From the human T2T-CHM13v2.0 reference genome, Homo sapiens, in the NCBI RefSeq assembly GCF_009914755.1, contig NC_060931.1: 64,000 bases of DNA. One strand, written 5' to 3'. Both the position numbers and the translations under genes were made by a program. The first letter of the stretch is position 1. Each line of letters starts with the position of its first letter. This document shows positions 40,096-63,942 of the stretch, one piece after another. The notes beneath the pieces are model-generated. The model worked only from the letters and a program-made list of their open reading frames with translations. It ran no database searches and was not told where the DNA came from.

Positions 40096-41390
40096 TAGCC
40101 AGGATGGTCTCGATCTCCTGACCTTGTGATCCGCCCACCTCAGCCTCCCAAAGTGCTGGGATTACAGGCGTGAGCCACCGCACCCGGCCCCATGTCTGAT
40201 TTTAAAAATGGGTTTTTGGCCGGGCGCGGTGGCTAACTCCTGTAATCCCAGCACTTTGGGAGGCCGAGGTGAGTGGATCGCCTGAGGTCAGGAGTTCGAG
40301 ACCAGACTAACCAACATGGAGAAACTCTGTCTTTACTAAAAATACAAAATTATCTGGGTGTGGTGGTGCATGCCTGTAATCCCAGCTGCTAGGGAGCCAA
40401 GGTCATGCCATTGCACTCCAGCCTGGGCAACAAGAGTGAAGGGGGGGAGTTGAAGATTGTTTCTTTCTCAGAAGAGAATTTACATTTTCCTGAGCCATGG
40501 AATCTTTAGAAAATGGTCATTTTATTTCACAGCATCATAGGGAGTAGCCCCCATTGATTCACTCAGGATCTCCCCCATCCTGGGACACCAGGATTATTAT
40601 CTAGTTGCAGAAACACTTTTGGGCTGAAGTGAGTGGAGAGACCAGGGTTTTGCCAGGAGTTCGTGGTGTGACCTTGGGCGTGTCACATGACTTCCTGAAC
40701 TGTGCTGTTGTCTGTAAAGGGAGGTGGTCAGACTGGGATCCTCTCCAGGATTGCAGGCCTGTCTTATTATCTTGTTTTACTTCAGTCTGCCAGGATTTCT
40801 TTCTGGAACTCCCTGTGGTCCCAGTTGCCGGATTTCAGAGATTGCTGTGGGGAATGCCATGGAATAGAATCTGGCCACCTTGAGCTGAGAAAGGTGTTTG
40901 TGATTGATGGTTGATGCCACCAAGCAAACAGGGTTAAGCAACTTGACTGCCTGCCTGCTGCTTTTAAAAAGGCAGCTGACGACCTAATTCTGTTTAGAAT
41001 TAGGGGCGAAGCTAAGGAAACTGGCTCAGGCTGTGAGTATCATCTCTAGATTCAGATTTCTGGGACCACATCAGAAACCAGGTTTTATGTGGACCTTTGA
41101 TGGGCAGTGTGGTGTGCAACGTGGGGGACTGTGGGTTTTAGACTGGGCAGTTCTGGCTGGGGATTCCAGTTCTACCCCTTAGCAGCATTGTTGGGAGGAC
41201 GAAAGGAAATGCCGGATGGGAAGTGCAAGATGCAGCTCCAGACACATGGGAGGCCTCCCTGCAGGGCTGTTGCTAGTGGGAGTGAGGATTAGAAGAAGGC
41301 TCCAAACCATTTGGCACATAGTGGGCATCATCAACCGTGTTGCTGATACAGTTCATTAAATTACAGATGTGTGCCTGGCACAGTGGCTCA

Positions 41391-41712
<322 letters not shown>

Positions 41713-41754
41713 TTAACTTCTTCGAGATGCATATGCAACCTGTTCACCACTTCT

Positions 41755-41757
<3 letters not shown>

Positions 41758-41797
<40 letters not shown>
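41758..41797 (+). repeat. (TG)20 microsatellite
   Basis: Perfect TG run in the last CRCP intron. Confidence 0.95.
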
Positions 41798-41798
<1 letters not shown>

Positions 41799-42287
41799 TT
41801 ATATAACTTAGCTTTTTCCTTTTTTTCTTTTCTTTTTTTTTTTTTTTTTTTAGACAAAGTCTTGCTCTGTCACCCAGGCTGGAGTGCTTGGCTCGACCTC
41901 CTGGGCTCAAGTGATCCTCCCACCTCAGCCCCCCAAGTAGCTGGGACTATTGGCACACACCACCATGCTTGGTTGATTTTTTTTGTTTGTTTTTAAGAGA
42001 TGGGGTTCCTCTGTGCTTCCCAGGCTGGGGGTTTTCCTTTTCTTTAAAGAAAAATGCTATCCTACAACTTGGTTTTTACTGACCCATTTTGATCAGTCGC
42101 ATTGGCTCAGTCCAGGATGTGACTTGGCTCCACCCTTCCGTCTGTAAGATGGAGAGGACTCACGAGGACCCAGGCTGTGAGGTCTGTGTGCCAGGAGGCC
42201 GGGCTGAGACCATGAGCACAGTGGGCAGGGCTGCCCAAGGCTGTAAGTTTCATTTGTAACCCTGGAGGATTTTCTTTCCTTCTGCAG

Positions 42288-42437
42288 ATGGTGGAAGAGA
42301 GTGAAGAGCGGCTCACGGAGGAGCAGATTGAAGCTCTTCTCCACACCGTCACCAGCATTCTGCCTGCAGAGCCAGAGGCTGAGCAGAAGAAGAATACAAA
42401 CAGCAATGTGGCAATGGACGAAGAGGACCCAGCATAG
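42288..42437 (+). CDS. CRCP: CRCP last coding exon (MVEESEERLTEEQIEALL...MDEEDPA*)
   Basis: Acceptor tttctttccttctgcag; open frame to TAG at 42435-42437. Confidence 0.96.
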   Translation: MVEESEERLTEEQIEALLHTVTSILPAEPEAEQKKNTNSNVAMDEEDPA

Positions 42438-43204
42438 AAGAGCACAGCTGGCCCCGGCGTTTCATGAAGTCAGAAGGCCTGGCAGCCATTTCCTGGACGT
42501 TGAGAGGATTGTTTATTTGATTTTTATCCTCATCCCAGCAGGCCTGGCTTTGTGGTTAGTTGGGTACATCACAAAAATAAGTTAAAAAGAAATATTTGTG
42601 CCTTGGGGAGAAGAAACATGGTGAAAACAGGCTGAGGTTGTCAGGGCAGAGAGCTGAAGGTGGGGACAGTGACCGCGGACCCCTCTGTGCTTGAAAGATT
42701 TCCTCCACGGCCTTTGCCCCAGTTGTGGGGAGGTCTCTGTGCACAGCGGGGAAAATGCTTGTGTCGCCTTTGGTGGGCCATGTCCTAATTAGTTTCATCT
42801 GCTTCCCTGGGAACTTACTAAGGGGCCCAGAGCACTGTTGGAAGTCTGGTTAGAGTCCCCAGAGAGTTACTCTAAGTTAAAATGAGCCACTGACCTTGGC
42901 TCACCTTAGAGGAATTTCCTCGAGAACAACAGAGATAAGAAAAGAACCGGCCTGGCCAATCCTTCAACAGCTCTAGAGCCCCTTTTCTCTGCTGGCAGGG
43001 GCTTTGTTTACCAGCTCACTGTTTAGGCTAAATGTTAGGGACCAGATCACTGCAGTTGAAAACGGGCACTCCAGGCTTAGTGACAGTGGCAGCAGAAACA
43101 GTGTTGGCTGCCTTTCTGACCACCCCACTTTCCTGCCCTGAGACAGCAGCCCAGGGCAGGTGCTTCATATTCAGACCAGGTAAGCCTCATTTGCACAACA
43201 GTCA

Positions 43205-43568
<364 letters not shown>

Positions 43569-43858
43569 TCAGGATTTGGAAAGTATAGTTGCCCCAGGCA
43601 TGTGGTTGTTGCCTTAGGTCCTGCGAATATTGCTGAAAATCGGATTTTCCACATTCACTTTCTTCCCTGTTTTAGGGAAGAAAATGATCATAGACATTCG
43701 ATTTTCCAAATTGGCGCTCTTATTTTCAATGCTAATTGGATTACTTCTCTTCCAACCCTCCTGCCCGTCCATCCATCCCAGTCCCCAGGCATCTTAACCT
43801 TACCATCTGAGCTTCAGCTGAAATCTGTTTATAGGCAACATTGAAAGTACCAGATTGG

Positions 43859-44147
<289 letters not shown>

Positions 44148-44210
44148 AAAGTACCAGATTGTACTTTTAAATCTGTCTAGCGTATTGAGAATTTTAGTGG
44201 GAGCTGTTGA

Positions 44211-44474
<264 letters not shown>

Positions 44475-44619
44475 GTAATGTCTCTTTTTAACACTGAATA
44501 TGTTAGGTGGTTTTTCTTGATGGATTTAGGGTTAACCTAGTTAATAATAAATTGTTTCCAGGTAATTATCAAGTTTTGTCATTTTATAAATCTGAAGAGT
44601 TAATATTGTCATCGATACA

Positions 44620-44625
44620 AATAAA
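44620..44625 (+). terminator. Polyadenylation signal AATAAA (second candidate at 44546-44551)
   Basis: AATAAA followed ~25 nt later by the GU/U-rich element tgtgtgatttttttc. Confidence 0.7.
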
Positions 44626-45204
44626 GTGAAATCTGACTGAGGCTAAAATGTGTGATTTTTTTCTTAAAAGACTGACTCTATTTAGATCTACTTTTTTTTT
44701 TTTTTTTTTTTTTTGAGACGGAGTCTCGCTCTGTCACCCAGGCTGGAGTGCAGTGGCGCCATCTAGGCTCACTGCAAGCTCCGCCTCCTGGGTTCATGCC
44801 ATTCGCCTTCCTCTGCCTCCCGAGTAGCTGGGCTAATTTTTTGTATTTTTTAGTAGAGACAGGGTTTCACCGTGTTAGCCAGGATGGTCTCAATCTCCTG
44901 ACCTTGCCCACCTCAGCCTCCCAAAGTGCTGGGATTACAGGCGTGAGCCACCTCGCCCAGCCTAGATCTACATTTTTAATTGGATTTCAAGAAAAGTTTA
45001 AGTTTCTATATTTGAGACCTGAATTTAACCTCAGTTTTTTGTTAAACCAGGTTCTGGAAGACTTAACTTTATAAGAAATGAACATATATTCTGTGTAATT
45101 TTCCCATCACATTAATAATAAATGTTTCAGAAATAAAAATTGGCCAGGCTCAGTGGCTCACGCCTGTAATCCCAGCACTTTGGGAGGCCAAGGAGGGTGG
45201 ATCA

Positions 45205-45450
<246 letters not shown>

Positions 45451-45454
45451 TTAA

Positions 45455-46875
45455 TTAATGGAGGTAGAGATTTGAAGAATGGTTATCAGAGGCTAGGAAG
45501 GGTAGTGGGGGTTGGGGGGGATGGCTAATGGATACAACAATATAATTAGATAGAAGGAATAAGATCTAGTATTTGATAGCACAACAGGGTGACTACAATC
45601 AAAGATTTATTGTACTTTTTTTTTTTTTTTTTTGAGACAAGGTCTCATTCTGTCACCCAGGTTGGAGTGCAGTGGTGCAGTCTCAGCTCATGGGCTCAAG
45701 CAACCTGGGCTCAAGCAATCCTCCCACCTCAGCCTCCCGAGTAGCTGGGACCACAGGTGTGTGCCACCACACCAGGCTAATTTTTTTGTATTTTTTTGTA
45801 GAGACGGGGTTTTATCTCATTGCCCAAGCTGGTCTCAAACTCCTGAGCACAAGCAATACGCTTGCCTTAGCCACCCAAAGTGCTGGAATTACATGGGTGA
45901 GCTACCGTGTCCAGCCTCAATTTAAAAATAAAGAGCATAATTGCATTGTTTGTAACACAAAGAATAAATGCTTGAGGGGATGGATACCCCCTTTACCCTG
46001 TGATTATTATGCATTGCATACCTGTATCAAAGTATCCCATAAATATATACACCTACTATCTACCCACAAAAATTAAAAATTAAAAAAATAATGGCCAGGC
46101 ATGGTCGCTCATGCCTGTAATCCCAGCGCTTTTGGATCACCTGAGGTCAGGAGTTTGAGACCAGCCAGGCGAACATGGTGAAACCCCACCTTTACTAAAA
46201 ATACAAAAATTATCCAGGTGTGGTGGTGTGCGCCTGTAATCCCAGCTACTCAGAAGGCTGAGGCAGGAGAGTCACTTGAACCCAGGTGGCAGAGGTTGCA
46301 GTGAGTTGAGATTACGCAACTACACTCCAGCCCTAGTGACAAAGCGAAACTGTGTCTCAAAATAATTAAAATTTAAAAATAAGAATAACTAAAAGTATAG
46401 ATTTTGTTTGTTTGTTTGTTTGTTTTTGTTTTTGAGACCAAGTCTCACTCTGTTGCCCAGGCTGGACTATAGTGGCACGATCTCGGCTCACTGCAACCTC
46501 TGCCCCTGGGTTCTAAGCAACTCTCCCTCCTCAGCTCCAGAGTAGCTGGGATTATAGGCAAGCGCCACCGTACCTGGCTAATTTTTTTTTTTTTTTTTTT
46601 AAGTAGAGATGGGGGTTTCACCATGTTGGCCAGGCTGATCTTGAACTCCTGACCTAAGGTGATTCACCTGCCTCGGCCTCCCAAAGTGCTGGGATTACAG
46701 GTATGAGCCACTGCACCCATCCTAGATTGCTTATAACACAAAGGGTAAGTGCTTGAAGGGATGGATACCCCATTTTCTATGATGTGATTATTACACATTG
46801 CATGACTATCAAAACATCTCATGTAATCCATAAATAATACACCTACTATGTACCCACAAAAATTAAAAAACAACA
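45455..46875 (+). mobile_element. Two tandem L1MA-type 3' ends interrupted by Alus
   Basis: tgcttgaggggatggataccc...cacctactat.tacccacaaaaattaaaaa occurs twice (~45970-46085 and ~46750-46870). Confidence 0.7.
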
Positions 46876-46884
46876 ACAAAAAAC

Positions 46885-47595
46885 CCCACACCACTACCTC
46901 ACTGATGCCATAATGTTTAACCATGCCTTTCACTTAAAGAATTCCAGGAAATAAGCCAGGTGTGTGGCTCGTGCCTGTAATCCCAGCACTTTGGGAGGCC
47001 AAGGTGGGTGGATCACCTGTCACCTGAGCTCAGGAGTTCGAGACCAGCCTGGGCAACATGGCAAAATCCCGTCTCTACTAAAAATACAAAAAATTAGCTG
47101 AGTGTGGTGGCATGCGTTTGTAGTCCCACCTACTCTGGAGGCTGAGGCACGAGAATTGCTTGAACTGAATTCAGAAGCAGAGGTTGCAGTGAGCCAAGAT
47201 TGTGCCACTGCACTCTAGCCTGGGGGACAGAGTGAGACTCTGTCTCAAAGAAAAAAAAAAATTCCAGGAACTGGCCTTAGAAAATCTAAATATCAGAGTG
47301 AGGTTGGGGAGTGTTCCACCTCAGGAAGAAATGCTGAGTAATTGATTTACAGCCCTTTTGTCACCGGCCAGACCACTAAATTGTCCATTACCCAAGATAA
47401 CCATTGCAACCAGATATGCCGACTTGCATGCCTTGCCCATCATGTGCTACCAGCTCAGCCTGCAAACCTTACCCCTGATGTCAATTCCCACACTTTGTCT
47501 AATTAAAAAAAACACTCCTACTGGCTTTTTTCAGAGAGTCAGCTGGAGCGTCCTTGTACTGGGGCACAAGCCCCGAAATAAAAGCCTTGTCTGGG
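46885..47595 (+). mobile_element. ERVL-class LTR fragment (MER54/MER73-like), split by an Alu
   Basis: LTR-like sequence ending in aataaaagccttgtctggg; Alu TSD aattccaggaa; subfamily uncertain. Confidence 0.45.
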
Positions 47596-47892
47596 GCCAG
47601 GTGTGGTGGCTCTTGCCTGTAATTCCAGCACTTGGAGACTGAGACAGGTGGCTTACCTGAGGTCAGGAGTTTGAGACCAGCCTGGTCAGCATGGTGAAAC
47701 CCTGTCTCTACAAAAATACCAAAACTAGCCAGATGCAGTGGTGCAGCCTGTAGTCCCAACTACTCAGGAGGCTGAGGCATGAGAATGGCTTGAACCTGGG
47801 AGATGGAGGTTGAAGTGAGCTGAGATCACACCACTACACTCCAGCCTGGGTGACAGAGTGAGACTCCATCTAAAAAGAAAGAAAATTAATAA

Positions 47893-48060
<168 letters not shown>

Positions 48061-48244
48061 TAAAGGCATGCACCACCACACCTGGCTAATTTTTGTATTT
48101 TTAGTAGAGATGGGGTTTCTCCATGTTGGCCAGGTTTTCTCGAACTCCTGACCTCAAATGATCCCCCTGCCTCAGCCTCCCAAAGTGCTCCCAAAGTTAC
48201 AGGCGTGAGCCACCTCACCCGGCATGATTTAGATAAGACTTTGA

Positions 48245-48714
48245 AGCTTAGACTTTTAAGGGTGATGCTGAAACAAATTAAGACTTCTTGGGGTTATTAG
48301 GATGGAATGAAGATATTTTGGATGTGAGAAAGATATGGATTAGGGGAGCTAGGGGAGAATGCTATGGTTTGAATGTTTTTCTCTTCTCCAAAAATTTATG
48401 TTGAAATGTAATCCCCATTACAATAGTATTGGGAGGTGGGGCCTAATGGGAGGTCATGAGGGCTCTGCCCTCATTAATGGATTAATACCACTGTATAAAG
48501 GGCTTACTGCCATGTGAGGACACACATTTCATCCCTTTGTACCCTCTGCCTTGTGCCATGTGAGGATCCAGCAAGAAAGCCCTTATCACACCAGATGTGG
48601 GCACCTTCTGCTTGGACTTTCCAGCCTCCAGAACTGTGAGAAATACATTTCTGTTCTCTGTAAAGTACCCAGTCTGTAATATTCTGTAATAGCAGCACAA
48701 AATGGACCAAGACA
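48245..48714 (+). mobile_element. MaLR internal 3' end + polypurine tract + MST-type LTR (48360-48714)
   Basis: ggggagctaggggagaa|tgctatggtttgaatg ... tagcagcacaaaatggaccaagaca. Confidence 0.8.
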
Positions 48715-48938
48715 TTTTGCTTTCTCCTCAGGCCGATCCCAAGACACAAAAAATGTCCTGCTAATTAGTGAAGGAGTTCACTGGCACAGACCCAATCTGC
48801 AGACAAAGAAATGGCTGCCTTTTCAAATGCCTACTTTCCAACAACAAAAATCACAAATTGTATTTAAAAAAACAAGGCCGGGTGCGGTGGCTCACGCCTG
48901 TAATCCCAGCACTTTGGGAGGCTGAGGCAGGTGGATCA

Positions 48939-49193
<255 letters not shown>

Positions 49194-49767
49194 CTATTTC
49201 AAGGAAGAAAATGAAGTGGCAGAAATTATATCTGGAGAGGCTGGGAGCACTAGCTCACGCCTCTAATCCCAGCACTTTGGGAGGCCGAGGCAGGCAGATC
49301 ACTTGAGGTCAGGAGTTCAAGACCAGCCTGGCCAACATGGTGAAACCCCGTCTCTACTAAAAATACAAAAATGAGCTGGGTGTGGTGGTGGGCACCTGTA
49401 ATCCCAGCTACTCAAGAGGCTAAGGCAGGAGAATCACTTGAACCTGGGAGGTTGCAGTGAGTTGAGATTGCACCACTGCACTCCAGCCTGAGTCACAGAG
49501 CAAGACTGCATCTCATAAAAAGAAAATAAAGAAATTATTCCTGAAGAGACACAGGTATCAGACTTACTAGACAAAGACCTTAAAACCATCTTAAATATGC
49601 TTGAATAGTTAAAGAAAAGCATGGACAAAGAACTAAAGGAAATCAGCAAAATTATATATTAATAAAATGAGAATATCAATAAAGAGATAGAAATTATAAA
49701 AAGAACCTAAGCAAAAATTCTGGAGATGAAAAATACAATAACTAAACTGAAAAATTCAGTAGAGTCA

Positions 49768-50195
<428 letters not shown>

Positions 50196-50294
50196 TTACT
50201 ATTAAAAAGAAAGCAACTAAGATGCCAGAAATAACAAGTGTTGGAGAGGATATGGAGAAAGTGGAACCCTTATGCACTGTTGCTGGCAATTTAA

Positions 50295-51044
<750 letters not shown>

Positions 51045-51165
51045 TATACACAAAATAATTGAAAGCAAGGTCTTGAAAAAATATTTATACACCCATGTTC
51101 ACAGCAGTCTTATTCACGGTAGCAAAAAATGGAAACAGTCTGAGCGCAGTGGCTCACACCAGTCA

Positions 51166-51507
<342 letters not shown>

Positions 51508-52264
51508 TCATCAGTGAATAAATGGATAAGCCAAATGTGGCATATACATACAATGAAATATTATTCAGCCTTAAAAAACAAAAAAATTTTCAGACATTAC
51601 AATATGGATGACCCTTAGGGATATTATGCTAGATGAAGTAAGCCAGTTACACACAAAAAATATTGTATGATTCCACTTATAGAAGGTACTTAGCATAGTC
51701 AAAATCATAGAGACAGAAAGTAAAATGGTGGTCTCCAGGGGGTGGGTGGAGAGGGGTTGGAAGTTATTGTTTAATAGGTATATGTTTTTTGTTTTACGAG
51801 ATGAAAAGAGTTGTGGAGATAGATGGTAGTGATGGTTTACAACATTTTAAATATATTTAATATCACTAGACTGCACACTTAAAAACTGTTAAGGCAGGGC
51901 ACGCACGGTGGCTCACGCGTGTGATCCCAGCACTTTGGGAGGCCAAGGTGGGAGGCTCACTTGAACCCAGGAGTTCCAGACCAGCCTGGGAAACATGGTC
52001 AGACTTCATCTCTACAAAAATTAAAAAAATTAGCTGGTTATGGTGGCATGTGCTTGTAGTCTCAGCTACTCAGGAGGCTGAGGGAAGAGAACTGCTTGAG
52101 CCCAGGAAGTCAAGACTGCGGTCAGCTGTGTTCGCACCACTGCACTCCAGCCTAGGCAACAGAGAGAGACCCTGTCTCAAAAATTAAAAAAAAAAAAATT
52201 AGACCAGGCATGATGGCTCACGCCTGTAATCCTAGCACTTTGGGAGACTGAGGTGGGTGGATCA

Positions 52265-52648
<384 letters not shown>

Positions 52649-52685
52649 TCAAGCAATTCTTGTGCCTCAGCCTCCCGATAGCTGA

Positions 52686-53465
<780 letters not shown>

Positions 53466-54793
53466 TGTTGAGAAAGAGAAAAAAATAAACTAAGCATTTA
53501 ACTCTTAACATTCTAGGTCATTCACCATTTGGCTTCCAATAATATTTCCAACTTTAAATCTCTTGTGGCTGAGTGCAGTGGCTCATGCCTGTAATCCCAG
53601 CACTTTTGGTGCCTGAGGCCGGAGGATCACTTGAGGTCAGCAATTTGTTGCCAGGTTAGGCAACAAAGTGATTCCCCATCTCTATAAAAAATTTTTTTAG
53701 GCCAGGCGCAGTGACTTGCGCCTGTAATCCCAGCACTTTGGGAGGCTGAGACGGGTGGATCACCTGAAGTCAGGAGTTCAAGACCAGCCTGGCCAACCTG
53801 GCAAAACCCCATCTCTACTAAAAATACAAAAAGTAGCCATGCATGGTGGTGCACACCTGTAGTCCCAGCTACTCGGGGAGGCTGAGGCAGGAGAATCGCT
53901 TGAACCGGGAGGTGGAGGTTGCAGTGAGCCAAGATTGTGCCATTGCACTCCAGCCTGGGCAACAAAGCGTGATTCCGTCACACACATACAAAAAAAATTT
54001 AATTATCTGGCATGGTGGCACACATCTGTAGTACCAGCTACTCAGGAGGCTCAGGTGGGAGAATGGTTTGAGCCCGGGAGGTCCAGGCTGCAGTAAGCCA
54101 TGACTGTACTGCTGCAACCCACCCTGAATGACAGAGTGAGACTCTGTCTTAAGAAAAAAAATTATCTTGCAGAACCTTCTATTCCAGCTGAATGGGTTCA
54201 CACGTAAATTTTCATCAATTTTTATTGAGTGTCTATGACGCAAGGTTTAGGACTACGCAGTGCAAGGCTTAGTTAGGACTAGGCAGTGGAGACATGATAT
54301 GACTCAGACAACCAGGTCCCCTGCCTTCTGGGAGAGGAGATGCTAAATGACCAAGATCACAATTCACCACTGAATTACAACTGTGGTAAGAGTTACAAAG
54401 GAGAGTGCGCTAAGAACCTGACCTTTTCTGGGAGACACAGGAAAAGTTCTTTGAGCAAGTAATGTTTGGACACGAAGGATAAGTAGAAGTTAACCAGTGG
54501 AGGAAAGAACATTGTGCGAAGATATTTTGTGTTTTCCCTTCTCTGTGCTTTTGTGTATTCAGTTCCATCTGCTTATACAGCATGCCTGTTTCAAGTATCC
54601 AAATCCTAACTCAAGATTTGGCTCCTGGCCTGGCGCGGTGGCTCACATCTGTAATCCCAGCACTTTGGGTGGTGGAGGCAGGTGGATCACTTGAAATCAG
54701 GAGTTCGAGGCCAGGCTGAGCAACATGGTGAAACCCCGTCTCTACAAAAATATAAAAATTAGCTGGACAGGTGCCTGTAATCCCAGCTACTCA

Positions 54794-54973
<180 letters not shown>

Positions 54974-55560
54974 TTACAAAGTACTCTATCCTTGCAATAC
55001 ATTGGAGGAGTTTGTAAAACAAACTTGTTATAAGCTATACATGGCCTTGTGATGTTTTTGTGATTCTTGCCTTGCTCTGTTATGTAAATCCAGGAGTCAC
55101 TTTTGATTCCAGTTCTATCCAATCCACTTACTTCAGTTTTATGTCCATGAAGGACTTCCTGGGAAAAAAATTAGAGGATTTGGTTTTGAAATAATCTTTA
55201 ATTTTTTAATTGTATGATAAGACACAGATACAAAAAAAATCAAAAACAAATAAATAAATAAATAAATAAAAACACAAAACATGTGAACTGGCCGAGCTGT
55301 GGTGGCTAACAATTGTAATCCCAGCACTTTGGGAGGCTGAGGCAGGCAGACCACCTGAGGTCAGGAGTTCGAGACCAGCCTGGCAAACATGGCAAAACCC
55401 TGTCTCTACTAAAAATACAAAAATTGGCCAGGTGCAGTGGCTCACGCCTGTAATCCCAGCACTTTGGGAGGCCGAGGCAGGTGGATCACGAGGTCAGGAG
55501 ATTGAGACCATCCTGGCTAACATGGTGAAACCCCATCTCTACTAAAAATACAAAAAATTA

Positions 55561-56010
<450 letters not shown>

Positions 56011-56124
56011 TCATTTGCATCCTTGAACTCCTGGGTTCCTGTGTCAGTGTTAGGATTGCAGGCATGAGCCCCTGCACCCGACCTAAGGAGAGAATTATAA
56101 ATAAAATGTGTTAATTATAAATCA

Positions 56125-56627
<503 letters not shown>

Positions 56628-56699
56628 TTACAGTTTTATTACTATTCCTTACCATGATAGTTTTCTCTTGCACTTTTGTCCACTTTAACATGTCTTTTA

Positions 56700-56977
<278 letters not shown>

Positions 56978-57071
56978 TCAAAAAAAAAAAAAAAAAAAAA
57001 AAGACTCTTTCTAGAGGATCACCCTCGATTCGTTTCTTTTTACTTTATTTTATTTTACTATTTTTTTGTAG

Positions 57072-57395
<324 letters not shown>

Positions 57396-57479
57396 TGATC
57401 CGCCCGCCTCGGCCTCCCAAAGTGCTGGGATTACAGGTGTGAGCCACCGCGCCCGGCCCCCTTTTTATTCTTACAGTTT

Positions 57480-59180
<1,701 letters not shown>

Positions 59181-59184
59181 TTAG

Positions 59185-59659
<475 letters not shown>

Positions 59660-60238
59660 TGATCCTCCCACCTCGGCCTCCCAAAGTGTTGGGATTACAG
59701 GTGTGAGCCACTGCACCCTGCCCCCATTTTTAATTAACAAGCAATTTATGGGGAGATATTTGAGAGAAATATTCTCTTACCACATTTTTACTCACTACTC
59801 TTATATTCTAGTGATGATTCTTGCCTCAACCAATAGCTACTAGTTTTCAACACCAACCACATTCCAGGTGCTGCACTAAGGGCTCTGCATGCCTTATCCC
59901 TATGTCATAGAGGAGGAAACCAAAGGTGCAGAGTGAAAAAATGGCCCAGGCACTCCCAGGGAGCAAGTACTGGAGGCGGAGGCAGACAGCTGGGTGCAGT
60001 GGCTCACACCTGTAATCACAGCACTTTGGGTGGCTGAGGCAGGAGGATCGCTTGAGTCCAGGAGTTTGAGACCAGGCTAGCCAACAAAGTGAGTCCCCAT
60101 CTCTACAAAAAAATTTTTCAGGGCCAGGCGCGGAGGCTCACGCCTGTAATCCCAGCACTTTGGGAGGCTGAAGTCGGGGATCAACTGAGGTCAGGAGTTT
60201 GAGACCAGCCTGGCCAACACGGCAAAACCCTGTCTCTA

Positions 60239-60658
<420 letters not shown>

Positions 60659-61049
60659 TCAATCTTCCCTTCACTCCCCCTAGAGTACTAGCTACTCAGA
60701 ATGAGCCTCTGTTAGAAGCTTCGTGGGTCATTAATTACATGTCTGCCGTGTCCTGCGTGCACGGCTGGGTCAGTGGCTGTGTTCATAGAACCGGAAGACC
60801 CATGTTGTCCTTGCACAGGGCAGGGGCAGAGAGTCCCAGGAACCTGGTGGGTTCTGGGTTAAATGCTCTCTTTTTCCCCCTTGTGGGGCCTTAGCTGGAA
60901 GGGCCAGAACATGGGCAGGGTGGGGTCCTGGGGGCAGGGAGCCAGAGTCTTGAGTCATAGGGACACCAAGGAGTCAGGGCCAGGGCAGGGTGCGCTGAGC
61001 CAGGGAAACCAGAGGACAGCCAAGGTCTGAATGCTGGGAGATGCGGAAG

Positions 61050-61300
61050 TCACCGATGCAGGCGAGGTCACAGGAGGGGACTGCAGTCAGGATTGGAGCC
61101 AAGAACAAGCCCCGGTGAGCCAGGATCACATAGGACCAGGGCAGCAGAGCCTGAGCATGTATTTGCAGATCTCTGATGCTGGAGGCTTGCTCACCCTCTG
61201 GCCCACCCTCAGCCCTCATGTAATATGAGGAACAAATGTATGTTGTAAGCCACTGGAATGTTGGGGTTGTTTGTTACTGCAGCAAAAACTGACTAAGAAG
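61050..61300 (+). mobile_element. Old MLT1 LTR 3' end
   Basis: ttgtaagccactggaatgttggggttgtttgttactgcagcaaaaactgactaaga. Confidence 0.6.
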
Positions 61301-61311
61301 CAGCTTAATGA

Positions 61312-61859
<548 letters not shown>

Positions 61860-61862
61860 TTA

Positions 61863-62006
<144 letters not shown>

Positions 62007-62369
62007 TTATCTCAGGAAAACAAAAACAAAAAAAACACATAAAATTCCTCTTCATCTCCCTCCTGATCCTGAAGGAGTCATCATTGATAACATTTTGGTG
62101 TATATACTTTCAGAGAGCCAAGTTTTGAAATGGCTGTTTACTAATCTTAGTGAAATAAAATTCACACTTATGGATGCAGGAATTAACAGAAGAAAATATG
62201 TCAAGACACATAAAAATGATAAGAAATCAAAACTTTGGACACAGAGGCTCACGCCTGTAGTCCCAGCACTTTGGGAGGCTGAGGTGGGCAGATCACTTGA
62301 TGTTAGGAGTTTGAGACCAGCCTGACCAACATGGTGAAACCCAGTCTCTCTCAAAAATAAAAAAGTTCA

Positions 62370-63020
<651 letters not shown>

Positions 63021-63142
63021 TCAGCCAAATTAGCATTTGGCATATTGCCACCTTTATTTTCTCTCTCTCTTTGGATCTTTTTTTTTCTAAACCATTTAAA
63101 ATAAATTATAGATATGACACTTGTCCTTATATACTTTGGCAA

Positions 63143-63498
63143 TGATATGGTTTGGCTGTGTCCCTACCCAAATCTCGTCCCGAATTGTAATAATCCCCAC
63201 ATGTCAAGGGCGGGGCCAGGTGGAGATAATTGAATCACGGGGGTGGGTTTTTCCCATGCCATTCTCCTGCGAGTGAGTAAGTCTCATGAGATCTGATGGT
63301 TTTATAAAGGGGAGTTCCCTGCACACACTCTCTTGGCTACCACCATGTAAGATGGGCCTTTGCTCCTCCTTTGCCTTCTGCCATGATTGTGAGGTCTCCC
63401 CAGCCATGTGGAACTGTGAGTCCATTAAACCTCTTTCTTTTATAAATTACCCAGTCTCAGGTATGTCTTTATTAGCAGCATGAGAACAGATTCATACA
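63143..63498 (+). mobile_element. THE1 (THE1D-like) solo LTR
   Basis: tgatatggtttggctgtgtccc ... ccatgattgtgagg..tccccagccatgtggaactgtgagtccattaaacctc ... gaacagattcataca. Confidence 0.9.
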
Positions 63499-63708
63499 AG
63501 CATGTAACTCTAAGAGCAGGTGTATTCTCCTACATAAACCACATCACAGTTAACCACACCCAGAGCATTGACCATGAATATAATTATATTAACTACTATT
63601 CAAATTTCTCCAAAATTGTTCTGAAAATGTCCTTCAGAGCCTTTTCCCCCAGTGCACTACGTAAACATCACATAATGCATAAAGTTGAGTAAGTTGCCTT
63701 TAATCTAG

Positions 63709-63942
<234 letters not shown>

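Noticed and set aside
40983-41004. Perfect 9-bp hairpin cctaattct-gttt-agaattagg; a similar one at 27828-27849
   Set aside because: Short stems like these arise by chance in 64 kb, with no miRNA, snoRNA or other structured-RNA context.
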